Assembly: GCA_964016885.1 (NCBI GenBank)
Contig: OZ024747.1
Span: forward strand, 92,814,001-92,878,000
Source: Eledone cirrhosa
Taxonomy: Eukaryota
Length of the DNA stretch: 64,000 nt
Direction: 5' to 3'
Below are positions 23,493 to 38,364 of this stretch, piece after piece (the first letter of the stretch is position 1; every line of letters starts with the position of its first letter). Both the position numbers and the translations under genes were made by a program. The notes beneath the pieces were generated by a model that ran no database searches, was not told the DNA's origin, and was given only the letters and a program-made list of their open reading frames with translations.

Positions 23493-23846
23493 TGTATATT
23501 TGTATGTGTGTGGATAAATCTCTCTCTCTTTCTCTCTATATATATATAAATATATATGTGTGTGTGTAATGCACGTGATTCCCCCTCCTCTTCTTTTGTT
23601 AGTTATATATAATGTTGTTAAACAATGAAAGAATAAGAAAAGTAGTTAATTAATCCATTGTTTTATCATTATTTCAGAGAGCAAAATTATAGATATGCAG
23701 ACCAATGGATGGCAGTTATGTTTATATATATAAGTTAAGTGTGTATGTGTGTGTATATGTATATATATGTATTTGATCTCAAAATGGCAAGAGCTCAGCA
23801 GTCAGGCCCTGACTCTCTAATATATATATATATATTCATACACACT

Positions 23847-23902
<56 letters not shown>

Positions 23903-23949
23903 ATAACCTAGTTTCTAATATTAGTCGTAGGATCTCAACTCTATCAACA

Positions 23950-24900
23950 ACCAGAAAGATATTTGATAATGTTGCACTATACTACAACTGGGCCCTCAGC
24001 AGTTTTAGGACAAATTAAGTACACACCCAATCAACCTCAACCCAACCATACTAAAAATGTCAACAGAAAAAGAATAATTATCTGGTTCGCAGCCCACCTT
24101 TCACTTAACATAAAGACTAATGTCGGTAAGACGTTTTTAGATTTAATAGATAGACATTTCCTACTACAATATAGATACAGTAAAATCTTCAATTGTAATT
24201 CCGTCAAGATATCCTATTCATGTGGCCCGTCTATGAGATAAAAAATGACCACAAAAAATAAACCTGATGTAAATCCAAGTTGCTGTTGTAGGATTAAAGA
24301 GAACTGCCCTCTCCAACAGAAATGTAATATGAAATCCATTGCGTATGGAACAGAGATTACCCACAACACCACAGAAAACACTGAAGTTAGCAAACAATAC
24401 GTAATTTTACTCAAATTTCCACTCCTTCAGAAACCCTGATATAAGAACCCCCATGATCATGGCAAAATGAGTCTAGCAATTAAAGGAGAAAGGAGTCCCA
24501 CATAAGATTACTTGGAAGGTACTTAAAAGTTCCAGACCTTATACCAATGGTGCCAAGAGATGTCTCTACCTCAGTGAAAAATTCAGGATATTACAAGAGT
24601 CAACTGAAAAGTCCATAGGCTAACCAAGATAGTATCATGGAAAATATTCCACCTGAAAATAACTATTTAGAGCTACCAATCAGGAGGATCCTTCACCTCT
24701 ACACACCAGGAATCAGAAAAATATATCAGAAACATGTCCTTGACTATGTATAATTCTTCATCCTCAGCAAGTTTCTACCACCCAGCTGAAATTATACACT
24801 GCCCACTAGTGGGTGGTACCACTAAGGTTGATTTAAATTAGTAGCAGTTGAAAACTAGCCATGCTTCTTTCTTTCTCATTGTATTATTTTCAAAATGTAT
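23950..24900 (+). mobile_element. Decayed Penelope-like element: RT thumb, Cys-rich linker and GIY-YIG region
   Basis: RKRIIIWF…NIKTNVGKTFLDLIDRHF…KIFNCNSVKISYSC followed by CCCRIKENCPLQQKCNMKSIAY. Confidence 0.8.
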
Positions 24901-25406
24901 TGTTCATTATAACAGTAAAACTATTTATGAAGTATTAAAGTTTCCTATTTTAGAATAGAAAAATTCTTTAAATTCTAATAGTTTATCTCTTTTTGATACC
25001 ATCATCATCATCTTCATCATCAATTTTGTAATTAATTTTCCATTTTGGGAGGAGTTGGATGGGTCTGTAATTGCTCTATTGCAAGTACTTCTAATTATTA
25101 AAAAAAATATAATGAAATTATGTTGTATTTACAACTTATTTCAAAAATCTTTAAATGTCCCCTACTAGTTGAATTTTTTTCAAACAAACCTGAATAAAAG
25201 GCAATCAGTTAACATTGATTAAATCTGCTTGCTGAATTTTATCATTATTATTACTTTTCCGAAGTATTATTTTAATTGTGTGCTTTCACAATGCCAAATG
25301 CAGCTCTATGTGCCTTGGATGTGTGTAATGTTTTGTTTTAGTTTTGTATTTTCTATTGTTGTTGTTGTTAATATCATTGTTGCTGTTGCTGTTGTTGTTG
25401 TTAGTG

Positions 25407-25670
25407 GTGGCGGTGGTTTAGCAGAATCATTAGAGCATCAGACAAATTGTTTTGCAGCATTTCGTCATGACTTTTTATATTCTGAGTTCAAATCCCAGCA
25501 TAGTCAACTTAACCTTACGGAGCTTTATATTCTGAGTTCAAATCCTACCAAAGTAAAAATTTCATGGGGTTGATAAAATATAGTACCAATAATATACTGG
25601 TGTTGATATAATCAACTGCCCCTCCCCTCAAATTGCTGGCCTTGTGCATAAACTAACTAAAAACAATTAT
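25407..25670 (+). mobile_element. SINE family A with an internal duplication of the B-box segment
   Basis: TTTATATTCTGAGTTCAAATCC occurs twice (~25474 and ~25524). Confidence 0.75.
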
Positions 25671-26502
25671 TTTATTATCATCACATTTTATGGTAGTCAG
25701 ATGTTGTTTTGTTTGACTCTCCTTTACTGTAGATTATTACCAAATGACACTAAGAGGAAAGGCATTTTTTAATGAAAAGGTTTCAAATACAGAAGGTAGA
25801 AATTTAATTGTTCACATTAATTCTTTCTTGTTTTGGTAAAAAAAAAGACTTTAATTTACGAAGAAATCTCTTTTCATTTCTGCTACCCAGAAACAAACAA
25901 AATGGTTATAAGGTTTAACAAACACCTTCCCAAAAATTTCCATTGAAAACAAACATGTTTTTACAGGCAGTAGACAGAAAATTAGAAAAATAAGTTCAAT
26001 TCCTCAGCAGAATATATTTATTACATAACAAGAAAATATAATGAATTTTTGACAGAAAACGACATGTATAACAACAACAGCAGCAATAACACACACACAC
26101 ACTCATACACACTAGCAAAATAATGAATGGAGAGTTCAAATTCAGGACAATCAGATGTGTTTCTAACCTTCCTTTTTTACTGAAGCTGCCTCAAACAAAT
26201 AAGCCGTAGATTTGAATTATTTGACAAAGAAAATTTGTCAGGTCTGGTATTACAAGAGAAGCTGCATCAATACCTTGGTCCTTTATCAAACATTGAGAAA
26301 TAAAATAAGTAATTTATCTTTGCATCTTGAAAAACACAGGTAAGGTAAAAGGTGAGGGAAGCACAATTACAGACAGCTCTAGTTGGTGTGTAGAATAACA
26401 TATCCTTCATTGGTTGAGAAAAAAACATAGCATCTTATGCATGATATTCAAAATGGAAGATGAAGGAGGAGGGGGCAGAAACAGGCTAAGCTGCTGTATT
26501 AA

Positions 26503-26648
26503 CCCTTTAGCATTTACATTATTCTGTATTTACTATTATATTTGAGAACAATACCATAACATCAGTATGAGTGGCCGGTTACAGCTGGTTTGAACAGAAT
26601 AAGGTGAGGGAATTTTGGCCGGATACAGCCGGTTTAAATGCTAAAGGG
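26503..26648. mobile_element. piggyBac-type MITE family 1 (internally deleted)
   Basis: TTAA|CCCTTTAGCATTTA…TAAATGCTAAAGGG|TTAA. Confidence 0.9.
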
Positions 26649-27114
26649 TTAAACACCTACCATGAAGATCAACAGCACTGTCAGCCACACCATCAATATC
26701 AGCCTCAAGCATGGTAAAAAACCACAAATATTTTGGCTTGCATCCAAGAGAAAGGTAAGGTAAAAGATGAGTTGCCAAGATTCACTCATCTCTGGCCTTT
26801 AAATGGATACTTTCCTTACTCTGCCTATTTTTACCATTACTACCCATAACCACTCACCGTACTCATCTCTCCTCCTCTTGTCACTCTTATTATGTCTTAC
26901 CCATTTTCAAGCCCTGTACTAGCCACTTCCCAACTATTCTTGCTCAGAACTTCAACTCCTTTTAATCTCATTCCAGGATTATATAGTTCCTACAGCTCAT
27001 GTTGAGGTGCGATCACTGGCAATATCATTAAAGTATTCTTGCAGAATTCAGTTCTGGCTATTTTCATTCTGTGTTCAAATCCCACTAAGGTTTTCATTTT
27101 TACTTTCATCCTTC

Positions 27115-27321
27115 CACGGAATTGCTGGACAGATTTTATGGGCAAAACCAACAGGCAAGAGACCCAAGGGTAGACCCCAAGCAAGATGGTTTGATAACAT
27201 CCATGAGCATGGTAGGTCACATTTGGAGATCCAGCCAGATCAGTTGGAGATGGATGCTTCTGACAGGACCAGCTGGCAGGAGTGTTTGAGGACTCTGCCC
27301 CCACAACCCTCTCAGGAATAA
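27115..27321 (+). mobile_element. RTE family 2 3' end fused to a preceding SINE head (27003-27112)
   Basis: IAGQILWAKPTGKRPKGRPQARWFDNIHE…LRTLPPQPSQE*. Confidence 0.8.
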
Positions 27322-27717
27322 GTGGACAAGGAAGAAGATTTTTCCAGGGTTGATAGAATAAGTGATAGTCAAGTATCAGGTGACATTTAACAGACCAACC
27401 CCTCCACCAATTTTCTGTTGTTGTGCCGATGTAAGAAATAATAGTTACCATTTTACCAGTGGCACTTTTCTCAGCTGTTCTAGGTATATGATGGACTGGA
27501 GACCTTAGGGGAATTTAGTGCCTACCTCAATGGCCTACCACAGCTTTCAGTCGAAAATAAGGCATGCTATTAAAAGCTAGTTATTTTTCTCTTGTGTCAA
27601 AGTTCAAACAGGTTACCACTCAACATTGCCAATGTCTGCAGTAATGGCACATAAGTCTGTACATATAGAAGGGATGAAAGAGGATACCCTAGACAGATTG
27701 GGATTCACATTCATTAA

Positions 27718-28126
27718 CCCTTTCCTTATGATGAAAGGTGCTGCCTATAATTTTCAAATACTTTTTTAAGTAATCAAGAATTTGAATTGATTGAATTGGC
27801 AGAAACAGTAGAGCGTCAGACAACATGTTTAACAGCATAAAGTTATGTCCCTTTACGTTCTGAGTTCAAATCTCACCGAGGTTAGCTTTGCCTTTCATCC
27901 TTACAAGGTCTATAAAATAAAGTACCAGTAATGCACTGGGGTCGATTTAATTGATTTTCCCCTCCCCTAAAACTGTTGGCCTTGTGCCTAAATCAGAAAC
28001 AATTATTAATCTAGTGTTTATATAAATTTTTGATGGGAGGTTTTTAGATAAATATAAACACTTTAAATTAATCAGTTTTGTATCATAAAACTGGGGGTAG
28101 TTTCAGGCAGTTTGATATCAAAAGGG
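27718..28126. mobile_element. piggyBac-type MITE family 2 with a nested family A SINE (~27793-28006)
   Basis: TTAA|CCCTTT … TTTGATATCAAAAGGG|TTAA. Related pieces lie at ~21860-22015, 39330-39470, 39680-39800 and 42888-43310. Confidence 0.7.
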
Positions 28127-28610
28127 TTAATATTTCGTTTCTATTAACTCCATTCTATCTTGTTCTTTAACTGCAATTAAATGGCTTTTTTTAATACAAG
28201 AATATTGAGAAACATTTCAAGTGAAAGATGTCTGCCATCTTACTGTGTATTGAATCAAGAATAAGATTTTCTAAAGTAAAATATATTCTCAATGTAAAGA
28301 GAAGAGATTCCCCACTCCCCAAAAAATTAAACGATTTAATTCTAGTTTCCTAAAATTGATGTTAGTAAATAAGATATATGTTAAATACATATATGCTTAT
28401 ATATATATATATATATACATATGTGTGTGTGTATATATATATATAAATATATATATATATACACAGACACATACACATATATACATGTGTGGGTGTGTAT
28501 ATATATGTGTGTGTGGATGTGTGGATGTATATATATACATGTGTGTGAGTGTGTATTTATATATATATATATATATACATGTGTGTGTGTGTGTGTTTAT
28601 ATATATATAT

Positions 28611-31385
28611 GTGATGGGGTTTTCAGCATTACTGGGTACAACCTTTTCCGCAAGGACCGCATTAATCGCTGTGGTGGTGGTGTGATGGTCTACGTTCGTT
28701 CAAACTTTTCGGTAATTCCTTGCATTGATTTGAACGAATCACAAGAAGAAGTTTTTTTTGTGACATACGTATGACCATGTCAACACTTCTGCTTGGTGTT
28801 GTTTATCGCCCCCCCAAACTACCATCAGGACACACAGCTTTGCGATATCCTCAGAGTTGCTGCCAAGAAAACAGCCACTTATGTGTTTATTGCAGGTGAC
28901 TTCAATCATCCTGAGATCGATTGGGAAACCTTTCATTGGTCACAAGGTGCAAACGATTTCCTTGAACTAGTGCTGGACTCAAACTGGTCACAAGTAGTCA
29001 CCTCTCCAACAAGAGGTGACAACACTTTGGACCTGATCTTCACCACTACTCCTGAAGTGGTTATCAGTTGTACTACTGAGGAACCTCTAGGCGAATCTGA
29101 TCATGCTATGATCATTGCCAATCTGGCTCTTGCGGGCAGCAACAAAAACCAGAGACATCTCCAATCTGCTTGCTTTGATTGGAAGAAAGCAAATTGGAAC
29201 TTGTACTGCACTGAGCTACAGCACCCAAACTGGCATGAGATGTATAACTTTGGAGATGTGAACACTATACTCCAGAGTATCCTGGACTCAATATGGATAG
29301 CGTGTGCAGCATCGGTGCCATGTAAGCAGAAAAAAAAATACCCCAAAAGTGCAATTTGGGAAACTTCAGTGGTCCGACTTGCCAGGAAAGAACGTCGGAA
29401 CGCTGAACGGGAATATAAACTGCATAAATCAGATGCCAACAGAAAAAAGCGGAATAAATCTTCTAACCATCTCAAGCAAGTGACAAAGAAGGCAGTGCTT
29501 GAATTTGAACAGTGCATAGCAACCAATCCTGACAGTAAAGTGTTCTGGAAATATGTTCATTCAAAGCAGAGCCCTCACTCTCCAGTTGGTCCTCTTCGCA
29601 ATCCCCACACAAGCCAGATCACTGACGATCCCAAAGAATGCGCAGAACTCATTGCTGAGTGCTATGCAAGTATTTTTACTGTTGAAAACCAGAATGTACC
29701 ATCTCCACCATCTCTAACATCAAATTCCATAACAACTATGGAATTTTGCGACGTCACCTTAAGAATAAGCGCAACTATGCCTCCCCTGGTCTTGATGGTG
29801 TTACATACCTGCTTCTCAAACGTGGCAGGTATTTCCTTTTGTGCCAGCTTTCTTTCTTCTTTCAATACTGTCTCAACAATGGTGCTACTCCGGAGCAGTG
29901 GAAAACTGCCAGTGTCATTCCCCTGTTCAAAAAGGGCAACCGCATGTCACCTGTCAACTATCGTCCAGTCAGTCTTACTAGCTGTATGGCCAAACTGATG
30001 GAATCCTGTGTCAGAGAAACACTTTGGAACTTCTGGAGCTCTCACAGCCTCATCCGGCCCTAACTTCAGCTGCTGTGATCAGCTTATCAAGTTCCTTGAA
30101 GACATCACCCGGATCACTGACAGCGGCTCATGGGTGGATGTTGTTTACCTTGACTTTGCTAAGGCTTTTAATTCTGTGCCACACAAAAGACTGATGGCAA
30201 AACTCTCTGTAATGGGTGTGAGGGATGATCTTTTCGACTGGTTGAAATCCTTCATTCTCAGCCGAAAAGAGGTAGTCTCGGTTCTAGGACAGCATTCTTC
30301 ACCATATGAGATGTTATCTGGTGTACCACAGGGATCTGTTCTTGGTCCCCTTTTGTTTGTGGCATATATTAATGACATAGATGCCAACTTACAGAATGCC
30401 ACGGTACTGAAATATGCAGATGACATCAAGCTATACCTTGAAATCAAAAGGACTGATCCTGAAATCTACAACTCCTTCCTACAATCAGACCTGGACACAA
30501 TGCAGCAATGGATCACAGACTGGCAACTGAAGCTGGCTGTGGACAAGTGTACCACCATGCATTTTGGGAGGAAAAATCCAGCATCAACATACTCCCTCCA
30601 CAACACTGATATCAAGAAGTCCTCTTGTGAATGTGACCTGGGCATTACTGTCAGCAGCGATTTGCATTGGACAAAGTATGTCTCTAAGATTGTCAAGAAG
30701 GCGGAGGGTGTCTTGGCATCACTCAGCAAGACCTTTGTTAGCCGCTCTCCAGCCATCTATTTAAAACTGTATACAGCTATGGTACGACCACACTTGGAAT
30801 TCGCATCATCAGTCTGGAACCCCTATCTTGCTCAGAACATTGACCGCCTGGAAACTGTTCAGAGACATGCAACCAAGCACATACCCTCCATCAGACACCT
30901 ACCAGACTCTGAACGCCTTGCTTCCCTGGGCATGGATTCATTGAAGCTCCGACGTCTGGCAATGGACTTGGTAAATACCCACAAAGTTATTAACCATCTC
31001 ACCAACAACAACCCTGAGCACCTTTTTGATCTCCATGTGTCTAACACACGTGGACATGCCTACAAAATCAGAAAACAGCACAGCTCCCATGACTTTCGTA
31101 GACATTTTTTCACACTAAGAGTTGCTGAAGCATGGAACAAACTGCCTGCGTCAGTTGTTAGCTGTCGAGACACTGCATCCTTTAAGACACTCATGCTTCC
31201 CGAAATACGCCAAAACTACACCTGATGTACCCCTTCCATACACATGTACACATGTGTGTATCATGACTCATGCACTGTTCATTTTCCTGACGTTTGTACA
31301 TTACCCTATGTACTATACATACACTTTTTGATGAGTTGTAGTGCACCTGAGCACTGTACACAATATTTCATTATTATTATTATTA
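28611..31385 (+). mobile_element. CR1-clade LINE ORF2 (APE endonuclease + RT), 5'-truncated, with frameshifts and small deletions; (ATT)n tail
   Basis: APE motifs GYNLFRKDR…GGGV, GDFNHP, TRGDNTLDL and SDH; RT motifs YRPVSLTS, YLDFAKAFNSVPH, GVPQGSVLGPLLF and YADD; CR1-type end TRGH…FFTLRVAEAWNKLP. Inserted in (TA/TG)n. Confidence 0.93.
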
Positions 31386-31568
31386 TATATATATATGTGT
31401 GCGTGCGTATATATGTATATATATATTATAAAGAGTTGAGAACCAACGGCTGAACTCTTGCCATTTCAACAGTTAGTTCCTGACTCTGTTGAGTAATGAT
31501 CTAACAAGTTTTAAACTGGTTCTATTCTGATATATATATATATATTTATATATATATACATAGGCATG

Positions 31569-31611
<43 letters not shown>

Positions 31612-31634
31612 ATCGTCTTTTTCTCCCTATTTTC

Positions 31635-31695
<61 letters not shown>

Positions 31696-31926
31696 TATCC
31701 GGGAGCTTCCAACAGAAATGGTCACATTCTTTAAGGGTATGTCAATATTTATTTATAAAACTGCTCTATATTATATTTTATCTGATGAAAGCACACCATA
31801 ATTTAACTTGGTGTCCTTGAAATATGTATAATGAAATAAATATGATTTTATAAATATAGTTTCCATTTGTTAATATATTGTATATATATATATATATATA
31901 TATACATATGCATGTATTTATATATA

Positions 31927-31987
<61 letters not shown>

Positions 31988-32584
31988 TGTATTTTTATTT
32001 ATATATATATATAGAGAGATATATTTATATGTATATATATGCATGTATTGATATATATATATATAATCATCATCATTTAATGATTATTCTTCCATTATAT
32101 ATATCTGTCAATCTATGTGTGTGTCTGTATGTGTGTATGTTGTATGTGTATGTATACGTGGGTGTGTGTTGTATGTATACGTGTATTGTGAATTAACTAA
32201 AGAATCTTTTATTCTACAGAAAACATATATTTTTTTATTATAGTAAGAGGAAAGCTAAAACTCTGTACAATTACTTTGATATTGTGTAAAAAGTAAATGT
32301 ATAAAGAGTTAGAGAAAACTTTTCTCTAATTTACTATTGCATATGAAGCTGGCCTCTGTCATCAAATTGGATATGTTTAGCTGTTGATACAGTATATACA
32401 AATGCTCATGTTAACACCAACACACATTTATGCACACACACATATGCACGCTTACTCACATAGATATATGCACACGCATATATCTATGTGAGTGTGCGTG
32501 CATATGTGTGTGTGCATATGTCCATATATATATGTACACACGCACGCACATATATATATATCATATCATCATTATCATTATATA

Positions 32585-32629
<45 letters not shown>

Positions 32630-32720
32630 TCATTATCATACATATATATATATCATCCTCATCATCATCATCATCATCATCATCATCACGATTTAACGTC
32701 CATTTCTCTATGCTACCATG

Positions 32721-32768
<48 letters not shown>

Positions 32769-32795
32769 TATATATGCACAGATTTACAGTCATGT

Positions 32796-32833
<38 letters not shown>

Positions 32834-33023
32834 GTATATATATATAATACATGTGCATGTCTGTGTATGTGTCTATGGGTCTGTATGTGTGTATGTGTGT
32901 TGTGTGGACAGAGGTAGGAGTGAAAGATTGGTAGAGACAGTTTATTCATGCAGATATCTGAGGCATCAAGTTTCACTCAACCTTCCTTTCACTCCCAGAA
33001 AACACTCATACATGCATCTATAA

Positions 33024-33532
33024 ATATACATACATACATACATACATACATACTTATATACATACATACTTATATACATACATATTTATATACATACATA
33101 CTTATATACATTCATCTATAAACATACGTATATACATGCATACTTATATACATACTTATATACTCATATACTTACATACATGCATATATACATCCACATG
33201 CATGCATACATGCACACATGCATACATACTTACATACTTGCATACATACATGCTTGCATACATACATGCACGCATGCATGCTTGCATACATACATGCACA
33301 CATATATACATGTACACACACACATACATACATACATACACATATATATATACATACATATATACATGTATATATACATAAATACATACATACACACATA
33401 CATATAGATACATGAATACATACATACATACATAAATACATACATACATACATACATACATACATACATACATACATACATACATACATACATACATACA
33501 TACATACATACATACATACATACATACATACA
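33024..33532. repeat. (TACA)n tetranucleotide array
   Basis: Read directly; pure from ~33437 onward. Confidence 0.95.
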
Positions 33533-33580
33533 TGTGTGGAGCATTTCTATATATATTTGTACATGTGTGATTTTGGTTGT

Positions 33581-33629
<49 letters not shown>

Positions 33630-33636
<7 letters not shown>

Positions 33637-33640
33637 CAAT

Positions 33641-33692
<52 letters not shown>

Positions 33693-33695
33693 TGC

Positions 33696-33726
<31 letters not shown>

Positions 33727-33757
33727 TGCATATATATATATATATATGCAATTGTAG
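33630..33757. repeat. TACAATTGCA motif x3 spaced by (TA)n, plus an inverted fourth copy
   Basis: Read directly. Confidence 0.85.
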
Positions 33758-34255
33758 GCACTTTTGTATTGTAATAAATAAGGACTGGCTTCATATCCAG
33801 TTTTTACAAGTTTCAATGAACAGAAATGATGTCTGGAGGAGAGCCTTACTTGCATTAAGTATTTCCTTCTATCTACAACTACCAAACAGCCAAAATCAAT
33901 GTTCCTTTCAAGAAATGAAGTGGCAGTAATAAGGTACATACCAGTGTTGTTATTGTTGTTTGTTTTTTTATTGTTGTGTATTCTTCTTCTTTCAAGTGAG
34001 CAATAACTCACCAGCAGTCTACAAAGACACTTAGCTTAAAATTATAATCTTTATTGAGAAATGTGTCTTGTGTAATTATCAAAGAACTGACACATTCTTC
34101 TAACTTGTTTTTTATGGCATCGTTTAGATAATGAAGTGTAATTAAGACAAGTGCTTAGCTTACTACTGGTGTTCAATATTTTTTTCTTATTTTCTATTGG
34201 CAGATTTTTTTCAGAATTTGCTTTTTATATATTTCCTCCTTCTCTCTCTTTCTCC

Positions 34256-34360
<105 letters not shown>

Positions 34361-35067
34361 CAAAGAACAATATATTTTCTCTTCTCTTTTATCTTTTTCC
34401 CTCTCCCTCACTCACTCTCTCAAACTATTTATCTATCTATCTCTTACTCTCGCTCTGTCTCTCTATCTCTCTCACTCTTCTATCTATTGTCTTTCTCTTC
34501 TCTTCCATGAAAGAGAGGGATAGAAATAAATAAAATAGTGGGTAGGTCCTTTGGTACTCGATTTCTTTTTATATATTTCCATTCTTTCGAATATCTATTC
34601 AATCCAACTAAATAAGAAAGAGCAAGTGGACATAGTATGCAATTAAACACAATTGCATTTCATACTCCAGTCAATTTTTACACCATTTCTAAAAGAAAGT
34701 TACATTATGAAAATTAATTTTATAGCTTATATCACAAAATGCTATTTATTTATTTTGGTGCTAGCTTTCTACATTTAATGATAGTAGTGATAAGAAAGAA
34801 CTTACTCATATTAAGAGAAAGAAAGAAATAAAAAAATAAAAAATAGCTATTTTATTATACATTATACATGAGAAGCTAGCAAACTCAACCTAAAGTCACA
34901 GCAATTCTGTCAATGTAATGTAATTCGAGCATTTATTACAGTTCTAAGATATTCTATAAGACAGTGGCTCCCTAGAAAGTTCTTTTATAGAAGTTAAAAT
35001 TAGAAATACCAATCAGTCTTAGGATATCATCTAAAATTTGGCTTTTTAATTACAAGAACACATAACA

Positions 35068-35110
35068 GAAGAAGAAGAAGAAGAAGAAGAAGAAGAAGAA
35101 GAAGAAGAAG

Positions 35111-35140
<30 letters not shown>
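35068..35140. repeat. Pure (GAA)n tract
   Basis: Read directly. Confidence 0.95.
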
Positions 35141-35141
<1 letters not shown>

Positions 35142-35676
35142 CCACTCCTTAAAACTTTCTCTCCTCAACTTTCTATAATAGGACATCAATAAACTAGTAA
35201 CCTTTCTCATCCAAATTTAAAACAAATAATTAGTAATTTTAATATTTATAGTAATTTACAATTTATTTTATTTTTAATGTTGATCAATAAAATTTTAGAT
35301 GTTCATAAAAACTAAAAAAAGGTGGAAAAAAAGAAAGATGAAGGAATGTTCCGGAATAGAAGCTAGATATCAGACAGATGTAGCAAGCAGAGAAACTGGG
35401 GAGAATAAGATGTTGCCAGTAGTTTTTGGTCCCGTGAGCTTCAGAGGTGTCAACTGTTGCAAATGACAAGGTATTTAGCATTTAAACTGGCCGTATCCAG
35501 CCAGAATTCTCTCACCTCTTTCTAGAGGTTGTCTTTGTCTGTCATTATTCAGGGGTTGATAAAATAAGTACCAGTTATATACTGTTTTGATTTAATAGTC
35601 TATTCCGAGAGTAATTTGTGATCTTGTTCCTGTCTTAGGATTAATATTAGCACTGTCTTTTGTGTCACCACCTTAA

Positions 35677-35884
35677 CCCTTTAGCATTTAAACTGGCCAT
35701 ATCTGACCAGAATTCTCTCACCTCTTTCTGTTCAAACTAGCCATAACTGGCCACTCATACTTATGTTAAGGTATTGTTCTCAAAATAAGTAATATCAAAA
35801 TCTTATAAACTCGATATTATGTGAGGTAATGCCTTTACCAAGAAAATATAATAGTATATATAGAGTAATGTAAATGCTAAAGGG
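35677..35884. mobile_element. piggyBac-type MITE family 1
   Basis: TTAA|CCC…GGG|TTAA. Confidence 0.9.
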
Positions 35885-36069
35885 TTAAATCAGGACAGTG
35901 TTGTTGAAAAGTATGTATGTAATAATTGTTTCTACTTTAGGCACAAGGCCAGCAATTACCCAGCGCATTACTGGTACTTTATTTTATCGACCCCGTAAGT
36001 ATGTATGTAATAATAATGGTTCAATTGCTCTCTATGAAAATGAAAAGGGGCAGGAAATACTGCTTATAA

Positions 36070-36289
36070 CCCTTTAGCATTTACATTACTCTATATTTAC
36101 TATTATATTTTCACAGTAAAGGCTTTACCTCACATAATGATCTTCCATAATGTTGAATCTACGAGATTTTGATATTATTTATTTTGAGAACAATACCTTA
36201 ACATAAGTTAGAGCAGCTGGTTACAGCCAGTTTTAACAGAAAGAGGGAGAGAATTCTTGCCAGATATATCCGGTTTAAATGCTAAAGGG
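36070..36289. mobile_element. piggyBac-type MITE family 1, opposite orientation, ATAA target duplication
   Basis: ATAA|CCCTTTAGC … GCTAAAGGG|ATAA. Confidence 0.85.
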
Positions 36290-37037
36290 ATAAGGAGTTG
36301 CAGAATGAAAAACCATCATTGCCCGTGTGCAACACACATCCAAACCAATGCAGTCTTCTCTCCTGCACACTACCTACACATTTCTCTTAAACCTTGCTTC
36401 TCCTTCAACTCATCCAAGCTCTGCCTCAGTAGGTGTCGATTAGAGTTGGGTTCTCAACTTCAGCCTTATTATAGTTCTCAATGTCATAACAGGTGAACTT
36501 AAGACTGGCTGTTCATGAGAACTTTTATAAGCTGATGGCCTAGTTTGATTTAGAGGAGAAGTTTCAAATGTAAAGAATAGAAAGCTTTAGTTAGCAGGAA
36601 AAAATACAGAATTCTATCGCCATCTTGGAAATGAACAAATGACCATAGTGGATATGCAAAACAGGAGTAGATGGGAATTCTATGCTATATACTAAATGTA
36701 AACTAGGGGTGCACATAAGATGCAGTGGTATTAAAGGCAGGTTAACATGGAAGAAGAACTTTATATATACCAATTGCACAGGAGTAGTTAGCAGTAATGG
36801 TACTCATGAAATAAATTATTCCAAATGCCCAGCATGCTTGCAAAAAATAGGTAACCTCTTCTGTTACCTATATGAGTTACTTGTATGACCTAATCAGCAG
36901 TGAAAGTGGATGTTGTGATAAAATTCAAGGGATGTGCAAAGGCTAGATAGAAATGAAGCAAATATGCTCTGCTGAATATAATCTTAACATTTAGGAATGA
37001 CTGAGCATATATAAGATGAGGAGGAAATTGTATAGTG

Positions 37038-37494
37038 CAGCGGTCACCAACCTTTCGGACCTCATGGACCACTAAATTCATAATTTTAAATCACATGGAT
37101 CACTAAGAGGAATTTTTTAAAAAGATAAATATATTTGTAAAATAATGATCAGAGACCTTCCATTTTATTAATATGAAATGCACCTATTGAATATAACAAC
37201 ATTATAAATGCTTATGTAATCATAACAAAATCTTTAAAGTAAATAATTGTTTCTACGTTAGGCACAAGGCTAGCAATTACCCCAGTGCATTACTGGTGCT
37301 TTATTTTATCAACTCCGTAAGGATGAAAGGCAAAATTAAACACAGCAGTATTTAAACTCAGAACGTAAAGGGTTATAACTCTATGCTGCAAAGTAGGATG
37401 TCTGACACTCTACTGTTACTGCCAATCCAATAATGTCCAAATTTTGCTGCGGACCACCAAAATTTTCTCTCGGACCACCAGTTGACGACCGCTT
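37038..37494. mobile_element. hAT (Charlie-like) MITE with a nested family A SINE (~37243-37430, minus strand)
   Basis: TIRs CAGCGGTCACCAAC and GTTGACGACCGCTT; 8-bp TSD GTATAGTG/GTATAATG. Confidence 0.8.
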
Positions 37495-38077
37495 GTATAA
37501 TGTACAAAAGTGATTATTGCATTGGTACAGTCATAATAACCTCCGACATAAAGGCTGGCAGTGTCAATCTATTCCAAATACCTTTCTCTGAGTCACCTAC
37601 CTGGTGTCTATTTTCTAGCCAGGTAATTTACCCATGATGAAAAAAAAAATGGATAATCTACATAAAAAAATTAAAATCCTAATCTTGATAGATTCAAGTT
37701 TATAATAAACTCTAAAGTTGTTTATCAAACTAATTATCTTCAGAACTCTGTTACTCTGCTTTCACACAAAAACACTTAATAATAATACCTTTCATCAATC
37801 CTTTGCTTTATTCACCAAACCTGCCAACTATTGTCTTACTAAGCAGTAGCCTGTATTTTCTATATTTTGTTTCATACTTTCATTACCTTCATATGGTAAT
37901 CTCCTATAATTTTCTCTGTTGAGCCTTTCATCTTCACTTGACAATTGTTGTATGAGATTTGATTAGCTAAGTGTAAGACTAACTTAATATCTATCCTTGT
38001 GAAGTGACAGTGATGTATATGCTTATATCTTGAAAACTATCTCTGATTGCTATGTATAGGGAGGAGGTTATTACATG

Positions 38078-38141
<64 letters not shown>

Positions 38142-38164
38142 AATATATACACACACACACAATA

Positions 38165-38246
38165 TGTAGGCAACCATATATATATATATATAGGCAACTA
38201 TATATTTATATAGGCAACCATATATATATATAGGCAACCATATATG

Positions 38247-38307
<61 letters not shown>

Positions 38308-38320
38308 CAACCATATATGT

Positions 38321-38364
<44 letters not shown>

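Noticed and set aside
28793-31225. 401-aa and 405-aa ORFs as host genes or an active LINE
   Set aside because: They are frameshifted pieces of one 5'-truncated CR1 ORF2 with internal deletions.
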